Positions 1 through 10,410 of a DNA stretch of 64,000 bases are shown here, piece by piece. Position 1 is the stretch's first letter, and every line of letters begins with the position of its first letter. A model generated the notes under the pieces. The model worked only from the letters and a program-made list of their open reading frames with translations. It had not been told where the DNA came from and made no database searches. This DNA comes from Octopus sinensis (taxonomy: Eukaryota), in contig NC_042997.1 of assembly GCF_006345805.1 (NCBI RefSeq), forward strand, positions 744,001 through 808,000. The letters are read 5' to 3'. Position numbers and translations under genes: made by a program.

Positions 1-267
1 TAGAGTATTGATCCCATATATTGACGCGTTTGGAGGTCCTTGGTTAGCGTTGTTAGAGAAAAATGTTCTAATGTTTCGCATAAGTTTCCAAGGTTTTCGA
101 CAATTTCGGAGGTTGTATTTTTCGTATCTGTTTCTTCATGTTCTCTCGATTGGGTTGAAGTGTCGAGTCGAATTTGTTCAAAAAGTTGACAAATTTGTGT
201 TGATTTTCTTGAGTTCTTTCAGTATTTCTTCGTTTATGGAGGTGATTGTGTCTGTTTTTGTCGGCAT
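1..267 (-). pseudogene. N-terminal part of the ORF of the next tandem PLE copy (MPTKTDTITSINEEILKELKKINTNLS..., one frameshift in a T5 run)
   Basis: ATG at 267-265, about 25 nt beyond the end of the pLTR-like arm. The frame is open to position 1 after one -1 correction near 180. Identity as a PLE ORF start is inferred from position. Confidence 0.55.
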
Positions 268-292
268 TTTCTGTATCTCGTATGGGTTAATG

Positions 293-1405
293 ATATGTAT
301 AAGGGTGAAAAGGAACACACGAGTGATATATATGAAAAAACAAGTCAAAAATAGAAAATGCTAAAATAATTTTATAGTGAACATTTCAGTACCGGTTTCG
401 GTCATTTTGAGACCTTTTCAACTGTAACGATTAAATAATTAAATTTAGAAAAATTAGAAGAAAAGTTTTTTTAAAAGAATATTTCTATAGTAGTGTTCAG
501 ATTTAAGTGGCATTCTGCCTTTCTCTGACTGCCTTGTTTGCACTTGTGTGTCGGAGGTCGTTGTGAGTTCTTGGAAGGGTAGTAGAGGAAGAAGGCTGGT
601 GGGGAAAGGGGGAAGGGAGAATCTGGGAGTGCCCTGATGGTCGTATTTTGAATGGTCAGTGGCGGCTGGCAGTCTCAGTCCAATTCAGGAGAATATTTAT
701 ATTGACAGGCTTGTTTATAGAATTAGCGTAGGTTTATAGAATTAGCGTAGGTATTATACTAAAAAACATTAGTGACAAAGTTAAGGGGTAGGGGGTGGAG
801 AAGTAGAAGAAGAAGAAGGAGAAGGAGAAGGAGAAGGAGAAGGAGAAGATAACGATGATGGTGGTGGTGGTGATGATTATGACGACGATGATGATGATAA
901 TGATGATGATGAAGAAGAAGGAGGAGAAGGAGAAGATGGTGGTGATGATGGTGGTGATGATGATGACGACGATGATGATGATAATGATGATGATGATGAA
1001 GAAGAAGAAGAAGAAGAAGAAGAAGAAAAAACAGAGAAGGGGGAATATGAATGGGTGTAAGTATAGCTATGAAGGGGCTGATTAGTAATGGATTCTATGG
1101 AGTGTAATATTTGTGTGTATATATATTTTTTTCTTTTATTCTAAAGTTGAGGTATATTAATTGTTTGTCGTAGACCCGTTTAGAAGTGGCTTGTATTTTG
1201 TAATAAAGAGATTTTCTTTACTTATTCGTTGTCTCGAGGTTGTATCGTCCCTAAATTGGTAGAGGGGGAAAATTCTGAAGTTTGGTGTTTTTTGTTGGCG
1301 CAAGTATCTATGTGTTGGCTAAAAGCTATTTTTCTGTTTTGGGGAATTTTTATCTGGGATCTGTGCAGGGCCATTCGTTTACGCAAACCATTTTTGTTTG
1401 GCCTA
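293..1405. repeat. Left arm of ~1.11-kb inverted repeat (PLE 3' end / pseudo-LTR)
   Basis: Reverse complement of 3060-4174 with only scattered substitutions and indels. Contains the GIY-YIG C-terminus, a mixed GAA/GAT/GGT triplet block (~805-1035) and the hammerhead. Confidence 0.97.
387..424 (-). ncRNA. Minimal type-I hammerhead ribozyme (U3-A8 core variant)
   Basis: Minus strand reads CAG-UUGAAAA-GGUC-ucaaaau-GACC-GAAA-CCGG-UA-CUG. This gives stem I CAG/CUG, core UUGAAAA, stem II GGUC/GACC, GAAA, palindromic stem III CCGG and cleavage triplet GUA. It lies in a PLE pLTR, where such motifs are known. Confidence 0.8.
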
Positions 1406-3060
1406 TGTACTGCTCTTGACACCCGGAGCAGGTTAGTGAGTATATTAGGTTCTCCGAAGCACATGTGAAGTTGCTTTTCACTGTAAACCGTTGTCCCTGC
1501 TTGAAGGAGAACTCTGATCCCTCAATTAGATAGTCGCATATCCCGCAATTGGGTCTTCCACATTTTTTTACTGTCGGCTTCTGTGTTGAGGAGTGAATTC
1601 GGGCTTGTGTAAGGAGACTTTTCATGGATCTAGGCTGTCTTTTGCTTTTTATGATCGTGTGTGTTTGGAGGATTGTGTTCATTCTGTGGTCTTTTTTTAG
1701 GAGGGGTATGTTGTGGAGGATGGTGTCGAAGGCTTCGTTATTGAGAGGGTTGTGTGTGGAGATGTATGGTAAGGCTTTTGGTTGTAAGTTTTTCTTTGAT
1801 TTGGGATGTCTCAGTTCCTTGATGTTAAGTTGAAGGGCACGTTGAATGCACTTGTGAAGGTGAAGGTGGATAGTTCCTGGTGATTAGGGTATCTTTTAGT
1901 TCTTGTAGTCGTGTGTCTCTGGTGTTTGCGTTAGAGACTATAGTGCATATCCTTTTTGCTAGATTGAAGGGGATATTCATCCTGGTGTGTCTGGGGTGGC
2001 ATGAATTGAATGGAAGATATTGCTTAGAGTATGTAGGCTTATAGTATATGTCTGTTTCTATTATATTATTAGCTTTCTTAATGAGGATATCGAGGAAGGG
2101 GAGTTGTTGTTGGCTATATTCCATCGTGAATTGGATGTTTACGTCCAGTCCGTTTAAAATTTTCTGGAATTCTATGAGTTTTTCTATATTTTTATGCCAA
2201 AGGATGAAACAGTCATATAGATATCTCTCCAGTTGTTTTCTATGTAGATGGAGAAAGGGCTGCCATATCTTTCTAGAACCTTACGATACAGACTGATCTC
2301 TAGGTATCCTATGACTAGGTTGGCAAAGGAGGGGGCCATTCGTGTACCCATCGCAGTCCCCGATTTTTGTCGGTAGAAGTTGTCATTGAAGGCGAAGAAG
2401 TTATTTTCCAGGATGAATTTGACCCCTTCTATCACAAATTCTTTTTTGATGCGGTGTGGTAGTTCGTTGGCGTGATTCTCTAGCCAGAATTGGATTGCCT
2501 CTAGTCCTAGGTTGTGGGGGATATTAGAGTAGAGGTTGACTACATCGAAGGATACCAGTATGGCGTTTTTGTTTATAGTATTCGGTAGGTGATTGAGCAT
2601 ATCTAAGTCGTCCCTTATATAGCTTTTGACATGTTTGAGGAGTGGCTTTAACAGGGTGTCTAAAAAGTTACTGAGGCGGTGGGTTTCGCATGCGGGACCT
2701 GCTATTATGGGTCTCAATTTGAGGTCATTAGGATTAGGGACTTTAATTATTTTGTCTGTAGCTATCTTGCATGCGTTGCTTATTTTTTCACTTTTGTGGA
2801 TCTTAGGTATACCGTAGAATTGGCTAGTTTTACTTGTGAAATTGGTCATATAATCATATTCTTTGTCGGTGAGCCCTGCTTTGTATGGGTTTAATATAGA
2901 TTTTAGTTCCCTCATTATTTTTTGTTGACTGTAGTTTTGTGCCTTTTCATAGTATGTTGTGTCTTCCAGCATAGAAATTACCAAAGTTATGTAAAATGTC
3001 GTGTCCATTAAGACAACAGCACTCCCTTTATCGGCCTCTTTGATTGTTATTGTTTTATCT
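1157..3060 (-). pseudogene. PLE reverse transcriptase + GIY-YIG endonuclease ORF, 5'-truncated and frameshifted
   Basis: ORF pieces 2184-3071, 1825-2124, 1350-1682 and 1222-1464 are consecutive parts of one PLE polyprotein. The catalytic motif reads RYLYDCFILW (YLDD to YLYD) just after a frameshift near 2225. Confidence 0.9.
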
Positions 3061-4166
3061 AGGCCAAACAAAAAATGGTTTGCGTAAACGAATGGCCCTG
3101 CACAGATCCCAGATAAAAATTCCCCAAAACAGAAAAATAGCTTTTAGCCAACACATAGATACTTGCGCCAACAAAAAAACACCAAACTTCAGAATTTTCC
3201 CCCTCTACCAATTTAGGGACGATACAACCTCGAGACAACGAATAAGTAAAGAAAATCTCTTTATTACAAAATACAAGCCACTTCTAAACGGGTCTACGAC
3301 AAACAATTAATATACCTCAACTTTAGAATAAAAGAAAAAAATATATATACACACAAATATTACACTCCATAGAATCCATTACTAATCAGCCCCTTCATAG
3401 CTATACTTACACCCATTCATATTCCCCTTCTCTGTTTTTTTCTTCTTCTTCTTCTTCCTCTTCTTCTTCATCATCATCATTATCATCATCATCGTCGTCA
3501 TCATCATCACCACCATCATCACCACCATCTTCTCCTTCTCCTCCTTCTTCTTCATCATCATCATTATCATCATCATCGTCGTCATAATCATCACCACCAC
3601 CACCATCATCGTCATCTTCTCCTTCTCCTTCTCCTTCTCCTTCTCCTTCTTCTTCTTCTTCTACTTCTCCACCCCCTACCCCTTAACTTTGTCACTAATG
3701 TTTTTTAGTATAACACCTACGCTAATTCTATAAACCTACGCTAATTCTATAAACAAGCCTGTCAATATAAATATTCTCCTGAATTGAACTGAGACTGCCA
3801 GCCGCCACTGACCATTCAAAATACGACCATCAAGGCACTCCCAGATTCTCCCATCCCCCTTTCCCCACCAGCCTTCTTCCTCTACTACCCTTCCAAGAAC
3901 TCACAACGACCTCCGACACACAAGTGCAAACAAGGGAGTCAGAGAAAGGCAGAATTCCACTTAAATCTGAACACTACTATAGAAATATTCTTTTAAAAAA
4001 ACTTTTCTTCTAATTTTTCTAAATTTAATTATTTAATCGTTACAGTTGAAAAGGTCTCAAAATGACCGAAACCGGTACTGAAATGTTCACTATAAAATTA
4101 TTTTAGCATTTTCTATTTTTGACTTGTTTTTTCATATATATCAACTCGTGTGTTCCTTTCACCCTT

Positions 4167-4174
<8 letters not shown>
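3060..4174. repeat. Right arm of ~1.11-kb inverted repeat (inverted PLE 3' end), ending in (TA)n
   Basis: Matches 293-1405 in reverse. The plus-strand ORF 3044-3310 is the intact GIY-YIG C-terminus (GQTKNGLRKRMALHRSQ...KENLFITKYKPLLN). Confidence 0.97.
4043..4080 (+). ncRNA. Minimal type-I hammerhead ribozyme (second, identical copy in inverted arm)
   Basis: CAG TTGAAAA GGTC TCAAAAT GACC GAAA CCGG TA CTG read directly on the plus strand. Confidence 0.8.
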
Positions 4175-4202
<28 letters not shown>

Positions 4203-4788
4203 CCGCACTCATTACCGCACTCATTACGCACATTATATATATATATATATATAAACCCACAAGAATATGCATATATGTACACGGAACAAAACTCAGGCAC
4301 ACACACATATATATGTGTAAGTGCGTATGTGAGCGTGTGTATGAGTTTCTATGTAAGTATTTTATATACTGGAAAATTGTCAGCTATTACCGCACTCATT
4401 ACGCACATTTGTTCATATACAATCGAGATCTATGTGATTAGTTCTTCAAATAGAATATCCAGAAATAATACACGCATTCATCTTATATGATTATGAAACT
4501 AAGCGGATTGCAAATGATATTTGTGCTTGCTTAACAGAATACGATTTGATATATCAGTCTGTATGCTTAAGGCATTCAAATGACTGTAGTGTTATCTATG
4601 GTATATGTCTCAGTACTCGCAATGACGCTATGCACTATAATATATATATATATATATATTATTAATAGAATAAGAGATGCCAAGCGTGATATATGTTATT
4701 GGGTAAATCTACGGATAACAATAGATAATCGAAACTGTGCCGTGCTTTACTCATCATCATCCATTTATACATTTAGTACAATTTCTGG

Positions 4789-4862
<74 letters not shown>

Positions 4863-4989
4863 AAGAGAGAGATAATTATTATTTGAGGGAACAAGATCCA
4901 AACTTACAAGGAAAAAGAATTCAATTTAGAAATACTAAATCAAATTCCACACAATATAATATATAAAATACATAGATATATATATATTC

Positions 4990-5340
4990 CCTTTACTCTC
5001 TTTTACTTGTTTCAGTCATTTGACTGTGGCTATGCTGGAGCAGCGTGTTTTAGTCGAGCAAATCGACCCCGGGATTCATTCTTTGTAAATCTAGTACTTA
5101 TTCTATTGGTCTCTTTTTTGCCGAACCGCTAAGTTACGGTGACGTAAACACACCAGCATTGGTTGTCAAGTGATGTTGGGGTGTCAAACTCAGACACGCA
5201 AAGATACACACAAACACACAAACACACACACACACACAAACATACACACACATATATATACATATATACAACGGGCTTCTTTCAGTTTCCCTCTACGAAA
5301 TCCACTCACAACGATTTTGTCGGCCCGAGGCTGTAGAGAA
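4990..5340 (-). mobile_element. tRNA-derived SINE family A, head missing
   Basis: Reverse complement of the body and tail of 43070-43535 (ttttacttgtttcagtcatttgac..., acgggcttctttcagtttcc). It stops abruptly at ~5340. Confidence 0.85.
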
Positions 5341-6385
5341 CTTTTTACTTGAAAGACCGATTGCCTTAGTTTTTGCGGTTAAAATACCGCCTTGTGACGG
5401 CGGTTCTATCAAGTATCTGGTCTTTGTGCAAAAGCATCCCTGTGTGACAAAAAACCGCAACAAATAGTGAAAAATGCAATATTATACACTTTTTCGCCCT
5501 TTCAATCTTCAAAAAGTTCTCAATGCTTTGATGGATTGCGTTCAAACTTTACACACTATTTACTCATCCTAAGGATAACGTCAGGGGACTCCGATATGCA
5601 CTGAAACAGGTTTTTGCCTTTAAATCCTTCATTTTTGACCGAATTCGTCCAAATCTCATATGACCTGTACAGACAACTCAACAATAGTTTAAATCTATTT
5701 TTGGTTAATATTCTGTATTTTACTTTTGACAGATCTACGAAATACTGTGAAATATCACCTTTTCGCTAGGCCTAGGTCAACCTTCCACTCTCACCCCTTC
5801 GCTTGTGAAAATGACTAATGGTACCGTTTACACAAATCTCTCCATATTTAGACAATATCCTTTCAACACCTTCCTAATAGGATAAAATGCCTGTGATGGC
5901 AAGACATTGTGCGATTTGTAAACATTTCCCTCCACCACCATTAACCAAACTTCGAGCACATCCTCCGGCATTTGGTTGTTCAACTAAAAACTGCCACTTC
6001 CACCTTCATACCAAACTTTTAACCACGACACAGCACGTGTCCCTTTTCCCTTTTTAATACTTTTTAGCATACGCATGATATATACACCCACTAAATGTCT
6101 TCACCCTTTTTAAGTTCCATAATGCTCGTCGTGTGAATTGTGTGAAGCTTACACCCTCGACGGCGCCCCTGCCACTTTTCTCTCAATTTTTCATTTTAAG
6201 TAACACACAAAACATAATATCCACACCTCCCCCTTTTCAGTGAACACGCCCACTGCACGCCTTTCCCCTTTTCCGCACTTGAACACACACGTGCGCCATT
6301 AATCCTAAGGTGTGATTTGCGAGTCCGTGGTGTGATTTGCATTGCCGAATATTTAATACTTGACAACGCCAAGTACTCCTGCTAG

Positions 6386-6721
6386 TTATTTCTAAATCTC
6401 TGAACGAGAAACATTCAGTAACATTTAAAGTACAAGAATCTAGTTTCGCAATCTCTAGCCGAGCACTTATTCTGTGCTAATAAAGGGAGATTACCCAGAA
6501 AACATTGGTACACAGATATTGCTTTAGAGCAGTGTGGGGACACTAAATTCCCTAGTTCGAAAATATAAGGACGCACATAGTGCGATGTTAGCCAGCTGAA
6601 GGCGATGATTCCTGGGGCTAAATAACATCGTCGTATACAGGGTTGCCACATTATGTTGGCAAATAATCTTTACTCAAGTTAATTGTTACTGAATCTTTCT
6701 CGTTCAGAGATTTACAAATAA
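6386..6721. mobile_element. MITE-like unit with 38-bp terminal inverted repeats
   Basis: 6386-6423 and 6684-6721 are reverse complements with 2 mismatches in 38 nt. No clear TSD. Confidence 0.55.
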
Positions 6722-6780
6722 TATATTTTCTATTTATGAGATCAGTAATTGAGTGTCACTTTAAAAAGTATATATTTCTA

Positions 6781-7016
6781 ACAAGAATCTAGTGTCATCA
6801 TCTCTAGCGGAGCAGTTATTCTGTGCTGGTGAAGGGAAATTACCCAGAAATCAGTGGTATAGAGATATTGCTTTAGAGCTGAGTGGGGACACTAACCTCC
6901 CTTGCTCGAAAATATTAGAACGCAGATAGCACATCGATAGCCAGCTGGAAACGATGTATCCTGGGGCGAAATAACATTAACATTCGTCCTAATCACAAGT
7001 GCTACATTATGTTGCA
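6781..7016 (+). repeat. Diverged direct copy of the interior (6432-6659) of the TIR-bounded unit
   Basis: Colinear shared blocks: acaagaatctag, ttattctgtgct, ttacccagaaa, agatattgctttagagc, gtggggacactaa, tagccagctg, cctggggc, acattatgttg. Confidence 0.85.
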
Positions 7017-7305
7017 TCTATTTCTCCCTATGCTTTAAGGTTTATCAGTACTAATTAGTTCCCAATCGATGGGCTAGCTACTGTTGGTGTCTTTAATTGA
7101 CCAAAGTAGCTTAGTTAGTCAGTATTTTCCTCGTATCTCTAAATAATTTAAATGATTGACCAGTCTCTCTTTTTTTCAAAAAGGGGAGCTTGGACCTATA
7201 TAAAATATTCCCTACTCTCCGAGGTCACTTTACATCTTTAGACTAGGTTCCTAGTTTTACATGTGTCTAATGAACACATTTTATTTCTAGAGAAGTTGCA
7301 TAAAT

Positions 7306-7905
7306 TTGTCTATATCTATCATTTATTCCGTCGTTTTCTTCCACAGAGACCTGTCCTATTCAGTATCCCCAAGTCTTGCATTTTCTCCAACTTCCCTACT
7401 GATGCTTGTCTCGGTGCTGCTCTTTCTAGCTATTCGACATTACATATCCATGCCTGTGAAGGTATTTGTTAGGGTTGTTACCCTTTTCCTGTTGGTTTTT
7501 ATATTAGCATTCTTTCTTACCCCAGTATTTTCAACTAGGGTCTCAACGTCTACATCACTACTTTTACCATATATTTCTTCCGCATTATTCAAATTCGGAA
7601 GCTGTTTCATTCATCTGCATTATGAGCTGCTATTAACTGCACCATGTTGCAGCTATTTGAAAAGGCAAGTTGTGTTCAGTGTATGTGCGTGTGTTTCTAT
7701 GGTGGTTTACTTCATTATTCCTGTGCAGCGTACAAATGCTACCTCTCTTAGTTTGGCTATTCAATTTTTCGTATGGGATACATATTCGCTCGAATACCTA
7801 CTAATCTTTTCAGAGCTTAGCAATCTTTGGTTATTCACTATGCTTTCATTCTTCCTATCTTTAACTTGTTTCCTCATCCTCCAATGGTGGCTTGGTGGAT
7901 TTTAA
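7306..7905 (+). other. 199-codon hydrophobic ORF of unknown nature (TTG start; first ATG at codon 33)
   Basis: Longest non-TE, non-microsatellite ORF in the track. Several hydrophobic stretches but no recognisable family motif. Confidence 0.15.
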
Positions 7906-9755
7906 CGGTTATTTTTATGTGTTAAAACTAGGGTCTGGATAGGTTATCTTACTATTTGTATCTACCACACTTTGGTTTCCCTTGTTGAATCCTAATTTTT
8001 CTTTATACTTTGGCTTCCCTAGTGTTAGGTTCTATTAATCTTTGTTTAATCTAAATAATAGTTTGTTGACCGATATTCGGGTTGCAATGCATATATGTGT
8101 GTGTGTGCGTGTATGTGTGTGTTGTTGGCGCAGGTGTGTGGGTATCGAATACTAATATTCGTTGTTTTGTACGAACATAAGTGTTTTGTCATGGCTGGAC
8201 GCTTTCAGTGTGAAGTAGAGTACTTGCCCACCATCTGAGGAACATATGAACGTGACTCCATTTGCATACATTTATAAATGATTCTACATTATAATCTATG
8301 AAACTAATCCTTAATTACTTACAACAAATATAACCAATTTACAGCTATAATACGAGGTAGATAACATCTATCAAGATTACAAGTGTTGTTTTTCCGAACA
8401 TCGTCGTCTCTTTTCTCCGTCTAGTCAAAGATTATCTGTTGTGCATATTAATTATTACCTTCTTCTTCCCCGTTGTTCTATCATTCGATTAACTTCCAAG
8501 ACTCCTTTCTCAAATTTAACTTCCTTACATATCTGAGTGACATCTATACACAGCACACTTATTTTTCTACAAGAAAACATTTGATAACGTAGCTGAAGAT
8601 GTTTTTTCTCTTACGTTCCCAAACGATTGCAGTAATTAAATGACACAGACCCAACCGTAAATGCCAAAGGATTTACAAGGCCCTCTTATCTTTTTTTCAA
8701 CCATAACCAACGAGTTTCATGTTACCTTGTGTGTGCACTGAACTCTACGTTTTTCTACCTTAATATACGCAAACTTAGAGAAAGATACTTACGCATGGTT
8801 TATGTCAGCCATAATCCCGTGAAACTACTTTTTTCATGTATATCACCATAATTTCGAAAACCTTTCAATTAATATACGTTGTTGCGCACTACCATTTGTC
8901 ATACAAGTGTTTGTATACACAAATAGTATTGCAATGTTTTACTTTCATGGTCAGCCATATCACATCCGGTGTGCTTGTGATTTTTTTGTATGGTGTCATA
9001 CGTAACATATTTATCACGTTTCTTTTCTTTTCTGGTATCTGAAGCAAACATGAAGTATAACCCTAACCGGAACACGACAAGTAACTGATATCTACCAAAA
9101 TAAAAACTTGTTTTCCGAACTTCGTCTTGTTTCCTCCATCACGATTTCCTTCTTTTTACGCCATCACTTATCCTTTCACTTTCTCTTCTCCCCCTTAGTC
9201 TGTTTCTTCACCTGCTTATTTTATTTCTTTTTTCTCCCCACGTATCATCGCATGCACATCTATTGAAAAAGCTGTTTCAAGTTAATATCAATTTATCTAA
9301 TTATATTAACGCTTTATTTCTACTCAGCAATTCAAACAATGCGTAATTTTCCTTTTTTATGCCACAAAATAATCTATTAAACTACATTTGTGTTTCAACG
9401 TCTAATCCCCAGCCACAAGATAAACATAAAATGAGAAAAAAGTCTTGAGAAGCCAGCCTGAAACAGCAGCGACATAGTGTGCCTTAAAATTAATCATGGT
9501 TTAAGTGATTTTACATATAACTATGGATAGAATCAGACCTTATCCATATATAAAATACCTTAATATGGAAATGGTTTTTGTGAATTTAATTGTTCAACAT
9601 GTGTGTGTGTGTGCGATTACGCGTATAAGTAAATCTATACATGCATTTACACAATCGTATTTCGGTCTTACCCATGTACAAACATGTTTCTCACCCTGTA
9701 AAACTCTCACCCCCCCCGCTCTCGCTTCCCGCTCTCTTTCTCTTTTCATATATGT

Positions 9756-10260
9756 ACTAGCAGTATCGCCCGGCGTTGCTCGGGTTTGTAAGGGAAATAA
9801 CTATATAAGCATTTTTGGAGAGTTACTTCCTTTATAGATGCCAATTCGGGTTTTCTTAGCCATTTCTGTTTTGGTGTCTTCAAGCCATGAAGTCGTTGTT
9901 CTAAAAGAACGCTGGTCTCCTTGACAACGCTTTACGACGTTGATTTCTTTACACTCCCTTCCCCACAGCTTCACGAGGGAGGGAAGAAGGGGGAGAAGCA
10001 AACAGGTACAGGTGTGACCATGGACGCCAACTCCGCCGCCATCGACACACGAAAAATTATGCATTAAAATGGAATAAAAATGATGTTAAATTATTTTTTA
10101 AATCGTAGACTCATCGTAGACGCGCGCTAATACTCAGACGGGCTCGATATGAATCACGACTATAAGATACCCGAATTTGGTTAAACTGCACTGCAAAATG
10201 TGGGAGTAGTTAGGAATCTAAATCGAAGGGGACAGATACTCACACAACTACAGTTTTATA
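9756..10260 (+). mobile_element. Non-autonomous Helitron-like (Lep1/Helentron-type) element
   Basis: Starts T|ACTAGCAG with a GC hairpin cccggcgttgctcggg (9768-9784) and ends cagttttata into (TA)n. This terminal layout is typical of such rolling-circle derivatives. No coding capacity. Confidence 0.55.
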
Positions 10261-10320
10261 TATATATATATATAAATTGAGGGAGATAAATTAATATTAA
10301 TTTTAATATCAGCCCTGCCA

Positions 10321-10410
<90 letters not shown>

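Larger units (their letters stand above)
1..4174 (-). mobile_element. Penelope-like retroelement (PLE, Neptune-type): 5'-truncated copy with an inverted terminal copy, followed in tandem by the 5' end of a further copy running off the left edge
   Basis: Minus-strand PLE RT motifs (GIPKIHK, RPII, SFDVVNLYSNIP, GTAMGTRMAPSFANL, LPFLD, YKPT..S.HP). These are followed by a Cys-rich linker (CGRPNCGIC) and a GIY-YIG nuclease (NLIYSLTCSGCQEQYIGQT). 1.1-kb inverted arms and hammerhead motifs are present. Confidence 0.93.

Noticed and set aside
8-364. 118-aa plus-strand ORF
   Set aside because: Antisense shadow of the PLE ORF start and pLTR; no independent motif.
855-1085. M/V/K-rich ORF (mirrored at 3382-3615)
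   Set aside because: Translation of the triplet block inside the PLE arms.
4200-4410. Short repeats taccgcactcat (x3) beside the PLE end, considered as a TSD or repeat-spacer array
   Set aside because: Only local 12-20-bp duplications, with no match at the other PLE end and no regular spacers; not CRISPR-like.
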